Below, piece by piece: positions 38,376-48,049 of a DNA stretch of 64,000 bases (positions are counted from its first letter, which is position 1; each line of letters begins with the position of its first letter). A program made the translations under genes and the position numbers. This DNA is from a candidate division WOR-3 bacterium (GTDB lineage Bacteria; Hydrothermota; Hydrothermia; JBDRYB01). The stretch covers positions 139,413 through 203,412 of the forward strand of contig JBDRYB010000001.1 in the NCBI GenBank assembly GCA_039803205.1, read 5' to 3'. The notes below the pieces were generated by a model, which ran no database searches, was not told the origin of the DNA, and worked only from the letters and a program-made list of their open reading frames with translations.

Positions 38376-39518
38376 ATGAAATACGCTATCGTGGGCGCGG
38401 GGAGAATGACCAAGGCTGTCCTCCGCGACCTTCTTAGGCACCCTGACACAGAGATCGTTCGCCTGGGTGATGTTGATCCGGAAAGGGCAAACGCGCTGGC
38501 AGGGGTTTTCCGTGATAAAAGGATAATCCCATCCCGGCTTGACGCACGGGATCCAAACCAGCTGGATCCCTTTCTTGAAGGCACCGATGTCTGCGTTTCT
38601 GCGGCCAGCTATTCGGTTAACCTTGAAGTAACCCGGGCCTGCATTCGCGCGAAAACCCACATGGTTGACATGGGCGGGAACAACAGCGTAGTAAATGCGC
38701 AAAAGGCCCTTTCGGATGACGCCGCAAGGGCTGGCGTAACGATCGTCCCGGACATGGGGCTAGCGCCCGGACTAGCTGATGTTCTCGGTGGGTCGTTCGC
38801 GGAGGAGCTTGATACCGTGCACGAGATACGCCTCAGGGTTGGCGGGCTTCCTCAGAATCCAAGGCCCCCTCTGAACTACGGCCTCATTTTCTCGGTTGAG
38901 GGCCTAATAAACGAGTATGTTGAGCCCTGCCTGGTCATAAGGAACGGCAAAAAGCAAGTAGTCGAGCCCCTTACGGATGTTGAGGAGATATTTTTTCCCG
39001 AGCCTTTCGGAAGGCTTGAGGCGTTTAATACCTCCGGAGGCTCATCAAACCTCCCGGATATGTTTGAGGGCAAGCTAAGGGAGCTTGATTACAAGACGAT
39101 CCGCTATCCTGGCCACTGCGAAAAGATGAGAACCATCCTTGAGCTCGGCCTGATGAGTCACGGCCCCATAAAGGTTGATGGGGTTGATGTTAGTCCGAGA
39201 AGGGTTCTTGAGACCCTAATTGAGATGACCGTCCCCCACATAGAGGACGATGTAACTCTGATGAGATGCTGGGCTATTGGCGAGAAGGATGCAAGGCCTG
39301 TTCGGATTGAATACGAGATGATAGATTATGCCTCAGAGGGCCTCACATCCATGATGAAGACGACGGGTTTCCCGGTCTCCGTTACCGCGCGGATGCTCGC
39401 GGACGGGAGGATCTCCAAAAGGGGTGTCCTCTTGCCTGCCGAGTGCGTTCCGGTCTCAGATATGATAAGGGAGCTCGCTGAGCTCGGAGTCAGGATAGAA
39501 AAGAGGGTTATCGTGTAG
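38376..39518 (+). CDS. Saccharopine dehydrogenase family (lysine 6-dehydrogenase-like)
   Basis: IVGAG, DMGLAPGL, VGGLPQ.P, FSVEGLINEY, KTIRYPGH. Confidence 0.85.
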   Translation: MKYAIVGAGRMTKAVLRDLLRHPDTEIVRLGDVDPERANALAGVFRDKRIIPSRLDARDPNQLDPFLEGTDVCVSAASYSVNLEVTRACIRAKTHMVDMGGNNSVVNAQKALSDDAARAGVTIVPDMGLAPGLADVLGGSFAEELDTVHEIRLRVGGLPQNPRPPLNYGLIFSVEGLINEYVEPCLVIRNGKKQVVEPLTDVEEIFFPEPFGRLEAFNTSGGSSNLPDMFEGKLRELDYKTIRYPGHCEKMRTILELGLMSHGPIKVDGVDVSPRRVLETLIEMTVPHIEDDVTLMRCWAIGEKDARPVRIEYEMIDYASEGLTSMMKTTGFPVSVTARMLADGRISKRGVLLPAECVPVSDMIRELAELGVRIEKRVIV

Positions 39519-39778
39519 GCCCGAGCTCGCTCAAGCCCAACTTTGACACCAGAACCCTGATCTTTGGGGCTTTGCCTCTGAGTTCCGTATAAAATCAGGT
39601 TTTTTTATTTTCTGAGGACAAGCTCATAGCCACCCTTTCAGGGTTCAGCGGGAAGGTCAGGTTTTCAAGGCATACGGGAGATGGAACTCCGGAAGGGCTT
39701 AGGCCCAAAATCAGCTAATGGGTTCCGAAAAAACGGGTGTTGCTATTACCTACTGATTAGCTATATAATATAAAAGCT

Positions 39779-41749
39779 ATGCTTTTGGCTTTTCTGCTAT
39801 CAACAACCCTCCACGGCATGATCGCGGACGCGGAGACGGGTAACCCTCTTGCTGGTGCCGCGGTTGTCGTCGAGGGCAAGGGTGTGGGCACATACTCTGA
39901 TGAAAGTGGCCATTTTATGCTCACGAACGCGCCCGATCCCCCAATAACTCTCCTCATAAGCATGCTTGGATACCAAACCGAGAGGATTGAGCTCTTGGAA
40001 ATTCCCTCTCACCTCTCAGTTGGTTTGAAACCAGCCGCAATAGGCTCGGAGGAGATAGAAATAATCTCCTCACCAACCCTCCACGATATGAGTCAGTCTC
40101 CTGTGCCAACGCAGAAGCTTGATGCCATACGACTTCAATCAGCAAACCAGACCTCCCTCCAGGATGCGCTAAGGCTCTTGCCCGGCATAACGGTATCAGG
40201 GGATCAGTCATCTGGGGCCGCGGATGGTTTCAGCCCTCGTCTCCAAGGGCTCCTTGCCCACCACACCTTAGTTCTCCTCGATGGCAAGCGCTTGTTCTGC
40301 CACGATGGGGCTGGCTCCAACATCTCCTCGGTTCCCCTACTACTGGTTGAGAGGATTGAAGTGATAGAAGGTGCTTCCTGTGCCATTCACGGCTCAGACG
40401 CTCTGGGAGGGATAATCAACATCATAACCAAAAAACCCTCTCCTGAGCCCATGCATGCTTTCAGGGCCAATTATGGCACATATGGGAACCTGGAGGTGGG
40501 CGCCGCTTTCGGCGGGCCCGGCCCAGCTGGTTCTGCCTACATTCTGAGCATGGGCCAAAAGGCCTACGAAGGCAGAAGAGAGTCCGATGCCTACGAGAGG
40601 CTGAGCGCCTCCTGGAAGTCCGCGTGGAAGGGCTTCAGGCTGAACGGGGATTACAGCGAGGGGACATTGGGGCGTGAGAATCCGGAGCGTTTCTGGAACA
40701 CAATAGGTGAGGCGGGGTTCACTTGGATGGCTGGGTTCTCCCACAACGAGTTAAGCGCCTACGCTAACCACTATGGGAGGGCATATGGCTCATCTGATGC
40801 GACAAACCTCGTTGCGGAGATAAAAGGGGAATCTCACCTTGGGGTCTCATACCATAACCTGATGATGGGCGCGGTCCTCAGGCAGAACCAGTTTGAGCGC
40901 ACAGGCCTTTCTTTGTCCTCTGAGTCATTCTATGGATTTTACTTTGAGGACGACGCGAGGCCGCGAGGATGGCTCAATCTCGATCTGGCCGGCAGGCTCG
41001 ACCGTTATCCAATCGGTGGTTTCCAGCTGACACCTAAGGCCGGTTTCCAACTGGAGCCGAACCGGAGCCTCGTAATAAAGGCTTATTTCGGCAGAGGATT
41101 CAGGGCCCCCAGCCTCCAGGATAGATACGAGGAAAATGTCCCCGCCGGCAGTTATTACAGACAGGGGAATCCGAACCTCGTTCCAGAAATAGCCACGAGC
41201 TACTCATCCGGAATTAAGTTCTCGCCCATCAGCTTCATGAGCTTGAGCGTTTCAGGTTTTTACAACAAAGTAAGCAACATAATGGTCCCTCTTCCTACCG
41301 GAGATTCCCTGGACGGATTGCCTGTCCTCACCCTGCAAAACATCCCCAAGGCCCATTCATGGGGAGTATCACTGAATCTGAGGCTGGAAAGGGAGCCGGC
41401 CTGGGCTGACCTCTCCTATACTTATCTGAACACCAGGGACGACAGCACGGGGATGCCCCTTGGATATGAGCCAAAACACACCCTCTCTGGCCAGCTCACC
41501 TTTGAACAGAGAGGTATTGGCGCGAGCCTCACTGGCGAGTTGGTGAAGGATAGGCTTTATGTCGGAGGGCTAAGGCTTCCGGATTATTTCCTGCTCAACC
41601 TGAACCTTTTCGCGAGGCCACTGAACGGCGTTCAGGTCAACTTTGGGGTTCAGAACCTCCTTGATGAGAAGAACCTCACCTCTGCGGATGGCAGTGCCTC
41701 CCTGTGGGCAGGAAGGGCCTTTGGCGGAGGCATGAATGTGAGGTTCTAG
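39779..41749 (+). CDS. TonB-dependent receptor with N-terminal carboxypeptidase-regulatory-like domain
   Basis: DAETGNPLAGA, LVLLDG, ERIEVIEG..GSDALGGIINIITK, FRAPS, GNPNLVPE, terminal F. Confidence 0.9.
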   Translation: MLLAFLLSTTLHGMIADAETGNPLAGAAVVVEGKGVGTYSDESGHFMLTNAPDPPITLLISMLGYQTERIELLEIPSHLSVGLKPAAIGSEEIEIISSPTLHDMSQSPVPTQKLDAIRLQSANQTSLQDALRLLPGITVSGDQSSGAADGFSPRLQGLLAHHTLVLLDGKRLFCHDGAGSNISSVPLLLVERIEVIEGASCAIHGSDALGGIINIITKKPSPEPMHAFRANYGTYGNLEVGAAFGGPGPAGSAYILSMGQKAYEGRRESDAYERLSASWKSAWKGFRLNGDYSEGTLGRENPERFWNTIGEAGFTWMAGFSHNELSAYANHYGRAYGSSDATNLVAEIKGESHLGVSYHNLMMGAVLRQNQFERTGLSLSSESFYGFYFEDDARPRGWLNLDLAGRLDRYPIGGFQLTPKAGFQLEPNRSLVIKAYFGRGFRAPSLQDRYEENVPAGSYYRQGNPNLVPEIATSYSSGIKFSPISFMSLSVSGFYNKVSNIMVPLPTGDSLDGLPVLTLQNIPKAHSWGVSLNLRLEREPAWADLSYTYLNTRDDSTGMPLGYEPKHTLSGQLTFEQRGIGASLTGELVKDRLYVGGLRLPDYFLLNLNLFARPLNGVQVNFGVQNLLDEKNLTSADGSASLWAGRAFGGGMNVRF

Positions 41750-41781
41750 TGGCACTCAAACGGGTCGGCCGATGCGGAGAT

Positions 41782-43308
41782 CTACCTGATTATCCTTGTG
41801 GTCCTTATCCGTCCCTGATACCTGAGCATGGCGAGACAGACGCCCTTTACACTTGGATTTGGAATGAAAGTGTGGCCGCCCCGGCTCAGGAGGCCCTCAC
41901 ATAGCCTCTGAACAAGCCTCCCTGAGGCATCGTAGAGATCCAAGGAGACCTCTCCGTCCTTCGGGAGGAAAAGGTATAGCCCCTTGCCCATTGGCCTGAG
42001 AATGAGAGTCTCTTCACCAAAGAGATCCTCTCTCTGGTAAAGCGAACCGCAACCACTCGCATTGTAGGGGTCATCTATGGCGAATATCCGGTAGCCCTGA
42101 GGATCGGGATCAAAAGTCCCTGTTATTATTTCTACACAACCGTCGCCGTCTATGTCTCCGGCAAAGGGCGAGTGAACATCACGAGCAAGAGCTATCCTCC
42201 AGGCTATTGAACCGTCTTCAGCGTTAATACAATAAAGGGTCTCAGTGCTAGCTTGAGAGGCTAAGAACTCTATGTTTCCGTCTCCATCTATATCTCCCGA
42301 AACTCCGGGCAAATGCACTGCTCCAGGAAGCGGCGTAGACCACTTCTGCGTCCCGTCTGAGCCTCTGAGACAATAGATATTGCAGTCAAAACTACCTATA
42401 ATCACCTCCATAGCACCGTCCTGGTCACAATCAACGAGGACAGGAGAACTATACACATCATTTCCCGTAGTGAAACTCCACTTTTGCGCGCCATCCGATC
42501 CGCTCAGGCAATAGAGTTTATCATCCCTGCTACCCACCAACACTTCTATTAATCCATCTCCATCACAGTCACCGAGAGTGGGTGAGCTATACACATTGCC
42601 CCCTGTAGTAAAAGACCATTTTAGTGTCCCGTTTGAGCCCCGAATGCAGTAGATCTTGTAGTCAATACTACCCACCACAACCTCTTTTGCGCCGTCCCCA
42701 TCAATATCCGCAATTGCTGGAGAGCTAGTTAAAACTATAGTGGGTTCCCCCGAGAAGCTCCATTTTTGGGTTCCGTTTGAGGCGCGAAGGCAATAAATGT
42801 AGCCATTGTTAACAGCCGCTATAACCTCTTTTTGTCCATCTCCGTCAACATCTACAATTGCGGGAGCACTTTCTATTCCGCTAGGAGCCGTAAATTTCCA
42901 TCTCTGAGTTCCATCTGACCCGGCTAAGCAGTAGAGGTTGTGATCATTTGAACCTATAACTACTTCGAGATTTCCATCGTTATCAACATCGCCCACCGCT
43001 GATGATGCATCAAAAATGCCTCCTGCCGTGAAGGCCCACTTCGGGGTTCCATCTGAGCCCCCGATACAATAGACCTTCCCGTCATGACTGCCCATGAGCA
43101 CCTCAGGGTTTCCATCGTTATCAACATCAGCTATAGCTGAGAACTGCCACTCAACCGCGTTTCCCGTTGCGAAGCGCCACTTTATTACCGGGGTTGTTAT
43201 GGCGCCTTTCATGAGCTGGACAGAGACATGCGTGGGATCTCCGCCCCACATGGGCCAGGTTCCATAGACCTGGCTTAGGATCACCATGATATATCCTGCT
43301 GCAGTCAT
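41782..43308 (-). CDS. Secreted FG-GAP/PQQ-like beta-propeller with CTD (class A)
   Basis: Same repeats as 10527-20112; start ATG 43308 with GGAGGTG. Confidence 0.85.
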   Translation of the reverse strand: MTAAGYIMVILSQVYGTWPMWGGDPTHVSVQLMKGAITTPVIKWRFATGNAVEWQFSAIADVDNDGNPEVLMGSHDGKVYCIGGSDGTPKWAFTAGGIFDASSAVGDVDNDGNLEVVIGSNDHNLYCLAGSDGTQRWKFTAPSGIESAPAIVDVDGDGQKEVIAAVNNGYIYCLRASNGTQKWSFSGEPTIVLTSSPAIADIDGDGAKEVVVGSIDYKIYCIRGSNGTLKWSFTTGGNVYSSPTLGDCDGDGLIEVLVGSRDDKLYCLSGSDGAQKWSFTTGNDVYSSPVLVDCDQDGAMEVIIGSFDCNIYCLRGSDGTQKWSTPLPGAVHLPGVSGDIDGDGNIEFLASQASTETLYCINAEDGSIAWRIALARDVHSPFAGDIDGDGCVEIITGTFDPDPQGYRIFAIDDPYNASGCGSLYQREDLFGEETLILRPMGKGLYLFLPKDGEVSLDLYDASGRLVQRLCEGLLSRGGHTFIPNPSVKGVCLAMLRYQGRIRTTRIIR

Positions 43309-43342
43309 CTTAACACCTCCGTGTGGTTTTTTGTTCCCAAGG

Positions 43343-43398
43343 AAAAATAAGGCCAGCCGGAGCAGAAACGGGAGGTGCAAGGATTCTCCGGCTGGCCT
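43343..43398 (-). terminator. Hairpin with GCACCUCC loop (hp3)
   Basis: 13-bp stem AGGCCAGCCGGAG/CUCCGGCUGGCCU followed by UAUUUUU. Confidence 0.75.
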
Positions 43399-43402
43399 GG
43401 TC

Positions 43403-44923
43403 TCATTTTACAACCGCCTTCCCTTTTTGGTTTCCTGCTTTCCAAAAGTAGACCCCTGGCTCAAGGGTCAGCTTGTTCTCTCCCTTTTGGAGTCGCCTCG
43501 CGTAAACAACCCTTCCATCGGAGCTGTATATGTTTATTATTGTCTCCTCGTTCAAGAAAAACAGGGCGCCGCCGGGCGTAGGAGAATAAACTATCTCTGG
43601 CCTTGAAGGGTTGGAGACCTCCTCCGGGTTTAACGGAAGGCATACATCAGTTACGCTTAAGGTAGGAGTTGTTGAGGCTATACTGGGAGATGATATGCTT
43701 GGGGAACAATCCGTGCCAACATTCAGAGAGGATATGTTGGGGACTATATCCATAACGGTGGGCTCGCACTCCTGAACGCATCCAGGGTAGCTTCCATCAG
43801 AATTTACCATAAGAACAAGGAGATCATACCACCCTGCACCGAAGCTATCAGTGTATCCAGCAATCACATAGTTTCCGTCCGGGGTTTGAACTACAGAATG
43901 CGCTTCATCAAAGCCTAGGCCGCCGAACTTCCTGGCCCACTCTAAAGAACCATCGGGGGTTATCCTTAAAAGAAGGAAACTCCGGCCGCCGATGCCGGAG
44001 CTTTCTGTGTATCCAGCAACCGCATAGGTTCCGTCAGCGTTTTGGATTATGGACCAAGCTCCATCATAATGAGTGCCACCGTATGTCTTGGCCCAGGCCA
44101 GAGAACCATCAGAATTGAGCTTGAGGATGAGGAGATCGTATTCGCCCGCCCCAAAACTCAGAGTAGCACCAACGACCATAAACCCCTCATCCACCGTCTG
44201 AATTATGGAATATCCCTCGTCAGAAGCCGGCCCTCCTAACATCTTGCCCCACTCAAGAGAGCCATCGGGGTTGAGCTTGAGCACGAGAACATCATAATCG
44301 CCGCCAGCATAGCCATTTCCTCGGCCTGCTACTGCGTAACCGCCGTCCGCAGTCTGAATTATGGAGAAAGCTTCATCGGTGCGCGTTATCTCCCCGTATG
44401 TCTTGGCCCAGGCCAGAGAACCATCAGAGCTCAGCTTTACAACGAGGAAATCTATCATAAAGGAGTAGCTATCCGTCCATCCGGCGAGCGCATAGCCTCC
44501 GTCTTGGGTTTGGACTATAGAATAAGCATACTCGCTTAATTGGTCTCCCAATGTCTTGGCCCAGATGAGCGAACCGCTAGAGTTAACTTTGAGAATGAGG
44601 ACATCGTTATTTCCCGCGCCGAAACTCTCCGTAGAACCAACTACCACATATCCTCCGTCTGAGACCTGTTTCACGCAGAACCCCCCTTCATAGTTGTTGC
44701 CCCCAAATGTTCTGGCCCAGACCGGAGAACCGTCGGTGTTCACCTTAAATAGCAAGAGATCGTAATCACCCGCGCCAAAGCTCTTCGTAGCCCCTACTAT
44801 AGCAAACCCCCCATCTGTTGTCTGCGCAACAGACCAAGATTCGTCCCAAGAGATACCGCCATATGTCTTAGCCCAAAGGCTTTGTCCCATCAAGGTGGTC
44901 GCTATGATATATGCGCTTATCAT
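43403..44923 (-). CDS. Secreted W-x-K-T-x-GG beta-propeller with stalk and short CTD (class B)
   Basis: Repeats as in 13794; ends KGKAVVK. Confidence 0.8.
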   Translation of the reverse strand: MISAYIIATTLMGQSLWAKTYGGISWDESWSVAQTTDGGFAIVGATKSFGAGDYDLLLFKVNTDGSPVWARTFGGNNYEGGFCVKQVSDGGYVVVGSTESFGAGNNDVLILKVNSSGSLIWAKTLGDQLSEYAYSIVQTQDGGYALAGWTDSYSFMIDFLVVKLSSDGSLAWAKTYGEITRTDEAFSIIQTADGGYAVAGRGNGYAGGDYDVLVLKLNPDGSLEWGKMLGGPASDEGYSIIQTVDEGFMVVGATLSFGAGEYDLLILKLNSDGSLAWAKTYGGTHYDGAWSIIQNADGTYAVAGYTESSGIGGRSFLLLRITPDGSLEWARKFGGLGFDEAHSVVQTPDGNYVIAGYTDSFGAGWYDLLVLMVNSDGSYPGCVQECEPTVMDIVPNISSLNVGTDCSPSISSPSIASTTPTLSVTDVCLPLNPEEVSNPSRPEIVYSPTPGGALFFLNEETIINIYSSDGRVVYARRLQKGENKLTLEPGVYFWKAGNQKGKAVVK

Positions 44924-44970
44924 GAGTTAATCGCTCCTTTTACGACAAAAGATGTGGCTTTCTGAGGAGA

Positions 44971-45021
44971 TGGGCTGGCTCCGGGTATTCCGGGAGGTGC
45001 GAGGGTTCCAGAGCCAGCCCA
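44971..45021 (-). other. Hairpin with GCACCUCC loop (hp4), no U-tract
   Basis: UGGGCUGGCUC/GAGCCAGCCCA stem, extended by a U-G pair on the minus strand. Confidence 0.7.
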
Positions 45022-45027
45022 CAAACC

Positions 45028-46530
45028 TCATCTTACGATGGCTTTCCCTTTGTATGTTGTAACCTGCCACAGGTATACCCCTTGTTCAAGCCCTATACGG
45101 GTTTCGCCCTTCCTGAGTTCCCCTGAGTATACAAGTCTTCCATCTGGTTTATACATCCTTATACTCACCTCCTCTGAGGCGACGAAAACCAATCCACCCG
45201 GGACTGCGTGGCAGGTTATTCCTGGTTTCTGCACCGTGATGCGGTCTTTTAGGTTTAGAGGCGGGCACATATCTGTTATCGTTAAACTAGGAGCAGTTAT
45301 AGATAGGTTTGGAACTGAGATATCTGGAGAGCAAGGCGCCGCCCCTGATACCGAGAATACGCTTATGGAAGGCGTTGAGACGATCGGATTACAAGGGATA
45401 GCGCATCCCGGGTAGTTCCCTGAGGTGTCCAAACTAAAGGCAAAAATGTCAAAGACCCCATCGCCATGTCGGCCTGCTACCGCAAACCCTCCATCATTAT
45501 TTTGGATCACAGAAGATGCGTATTCCCAAATCCCTCCCCCTACGGTTCTACCCCAGGCGACCGAAGCATCTGAGTTCAGCTTGATGAGAAGGGCATCATC
45601 ATTGCCAGCCCCAAAACTCCCTGTGGAGCCGGCCAAAACATAGCCTCCGTCAGCGGTCTGAATCAGGGAATAAGCGTGGTCAAAGGAGGACCCTCCGTAT
45701 GCCTTTGCCCAACTCAGAGAACCATCTGGGTTCAGTTTTAGGAGAAGAGCCTTGGGATAAGTGCCGAAGTTGTAGGATTCCCCTGCTACCATGAGTCCGC
45801 CGTCTGCTGTTTGAGCTATAGAGTATGCGAAATCATTGTAGTCTCCTGTGCTAAATGCCCTCCCCCAGGCGGGCGAGCCGTCCGAGTTCAGCTTCAGAAC
45901 AAAAATATCAAAACCAGTTAAAGAAAAAACCCCGTGGCCAGTCACAGCATATCCGCCGTCCGATGTCTGGATTATGGAGTAAGCAGTGTCAACATAATTA
46001 GTGGCTCCGAAAGTCCTCGCCCAGGCAATTGAGCCGTCAGGGTTCAACCTGAGGATAAGATCACTGCCACTTATATCACCGCCGAAGCTAATTGTGTTGC
46101 CAGCAAGAGCGTAGCCACCGTCTGATGTCTGAGTTAAAGAATGGGCCTCGTCAGAGCTTGTTCCTCCGTATGTCCTGGCCCAGGAGAGGGAACCATCGGG
46201 TTCCAATTTGATGACGAGGAAATCAGAAGCTCCCGCGCCAAAGCTCCTTGTATATCCCCCAACCAGATACCCTTGGTCTGAGGTTTGGATTACCGAGAAA
46301 GCCCTATCATCATCCGGTCCCCCGTATGTCCTGGCCCAGGAGAGGGAACCATCGGGCCCCAGCTTGATGACGAGGAAATCACAATTACCTGCCCCAAAGC
46401 TACTAGTATATCCTGCGATGACATAGCCGCCTTCCGCAGTCGGAGCTATAGAGTAGGCCAAATCCTGACTAGCTCCTCCATAAGTCTTGGCAAAGAGGCT
46501 CTGAAGTATCGTTAGGATTAACCATGTCAT
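45028..46530 (-). CDS. Secreted class B beta-propeller
   Basis: WARTYGG repeats; ends KGKAIVR. Confidence 0.8.
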   Translation of the reverse strand: MTWLILTILQSLFAKTYGGASQDLAYSIAPTAEGGYVIAGYTSSFGAGNCDFLVIKLGPDGSLSWARTYGGPDDDRAFSVIQTSDQGYLVGGYTRSFGAGASDFLVIKLEPDGSLSWARTYGGTSSDEAHSLTQTSDGGYALAGNTISFGGDISGSDLILRLNPDGSIAWARTFGATNYVDTAYSIIQTSDGGYAVTGHGVFSLTGFDIFVLKLNSDGSPAWGRAFSTGDYNDFAYSIAQTADGGLMVAGESYNFGTYPKALLLKLNPDGSLSWAKAYGGSSFDHAYSLIQTADGGYVLAGSTGSFGAGNDDALLIKLNSDASVAWGRTVGGGIWEYASSVIQNNDGGFAVAGRHGDGVFDIFAFSLDTSGNYPGCAIPCNPIVSTPSISVFSVSGAAPCSPDISVPNLSITAPSLTITDMCPPLNLKDRITVQKPGITCHAVPGGLVFVASEEVSIRMYKPDGRLVYSGELRKGETRIGLEQGVYLWQVTTYKGKAIVR

Positions 46531-46564
46531 AATGAAACCTCCGTGGCTTTGTTTGCAGGTATCA

Positions 46565-48034
46565 TTACTTCACGATCCCTTTTCCTCTGTATGAACCTGC
46601 CCTCCATATGTAGACTCCCCTTCTGAGATCTATTCTGGTAGAACCCTTACGAATCCTTCCAAAATAAACAAGTCTGCCATCATAGGCATAGAGATCGATC
46701 TCGGATTCTATTACGGATCTGAAAACCAGGCCACCCGGAACTGAGAAGCAGGTAATCGGAGAGAGGGGGGGTTCTGTCTCCCTATCATAAAGAGAAGGGC
46801 AAAGGTCATTGGATACCAGAGAAAGGCTAATAGGACTCATAACCGGATTCCCCACCGAGATAGCCCATGCAGCTGTGGGAACCTGTGGAGAGGAGATATT
46901 TAATGTGGGTTCCATGATGATGGGGTTGCAATCCTGGACACAGCCCTGATAGTCACCGTTAACTCCTATTCTCATAACGATAGCCCGGCTAGATGTGGCA
47001 GAGATGGGGTAACCGCAAATGATGAATCCGGCGGCATTCTGACGGATGGAATATGCCCTTTCTTCGCCTCCGGCTCCAAAAGTCTTAGCCCATTCCAAGC
47101 TCCCGTCCGAAGCCAGTTTCGCGATAATGAAATCCGTGATACCACTACCGAAGCTCTTAGTCCAGCCCGCTGAGGCACACCCCCCATTATCTACTTGCGT
47201 TACTGACCATCCATACTCGTAGTCCGAACCCCCAAGGGTTTTCGCCCAGATCAAGCTCCCGTCAGAAGAGAGCTTGAGGATGGCCATATCGTAACTGCCA
47301 GCACCGTAGGCATTGGTGAATCCTGTTACATAGAGACTGAGATCAAATCCGATATCAACCCCATGGAACTCTAAGCCGTCAAACACTCTAGCCCATTGGG
47401 GGTTGCCATCCCACTGGAGTTTTAGCACTATCCCACCCTGATCCTTGCGCCCCACCACGATATACCCTCCATCCGAGGTCTTAGTAAGGCTGAAACCGTT
47501 TTCGATACCAGCATCACCGTACTGCTTAGCCCACTGAAGAGAACCTGTAGAGTTCATCTTGATAACGGTGATCTGGGGATCCAAAGCCGCGTCCCAGGTG
47601 TATCCCGCTATTACGAGTCCGTTATCCGGGCTCTCAACCAAACCGAAAGCGTAGTCATAACTATTTGTCCCCCCCACTATCCTTGCCCAGCGGAGCGCCC
47701 CGTCTGATCCGAGCTTTAGGACTATGAGATCATATCCTCCGCCAAAACTGTTGGTATACCCGGCTACACCGAAGTCCCCATCGGAACACTCTATTATTGC
47801 CTCTCCTCTGTCATCTCCTGAATCCCCAAAGACATTAGCCCACTCTACACTCCCGTCTTGGGATAGCTTGAATACCAGGAGGTCCCTAGAACCTCCCCAT
47901 GTGGTCGTGTAATTGCCCACAGCGGCATATCCCCCATCAGCGGTAGGGGTTATCCAATTGACTTCTATATGGGGAGGTCCGTATTCCTTAGCCCAAACCC
48001 CAATTAGGATATCCAGGAAAAACCATCCAAGCAT
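46565..48034 (-). CDS. Secreted class B beta-propeller
   Basis: Same repeats; ends RGKGIVK. Confidence 0.8.
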   Translation of the reverse strand: MLGWFFLDILIGVWAKEYGPPHIEVNWITPTADGGYAAVGNYTTTWGGSRDLLVFKLSQDGSVEWANVFGDSGDDRGEAIIECSDGDFGVAGYTNSFGGGYDLIVLKLGSDGALRWARIVGGTNSYDYAFGLVESPDNGLVIAGYTWDAALDPQITVIKMNSTGSLQWAKQYGDAGIENGFSLTKTSDGGYIVVGRKDQGGIVLKLQWDGNPQWARVFDGLEFHGVDIGFDLSLYVTGFTNAYGAGSYDMAILKLSSDGSLIWAKTLGGSDYEYGWSVTQVDNGGCASAGWTKSFGSGITDFIIAKLASDGSLEWAKTFGAGGEERAYSIRQNAAGFIICGYPISATSSRAIVMRIGVNGDYQGCVQDCNPIIMEPTLNISSPQVPTAAWAISVGNPVMSPISLSLVSNDLCPSLYDRETEPPLSPITCFSVPGGLVFRSVIESEIDLYAYDGRLVYFGRIRKGSTRIDLRRGVYIWRAGSYRGKGIVK

Positions 48035-48049
48035 CTCGTTCCTCCTTCC

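Noticed and set aside
3123..43380. Longest-ORF starts in the track (3123, 3308, 4944, 7029, 7954, 10510, 12248, 13686, 23570, 30189, 37836, 43380)
   Set aside because: These extensions run through promoters, hairpins or neighbouring genes; downstream starts have an SD or -10 and match family N-termini
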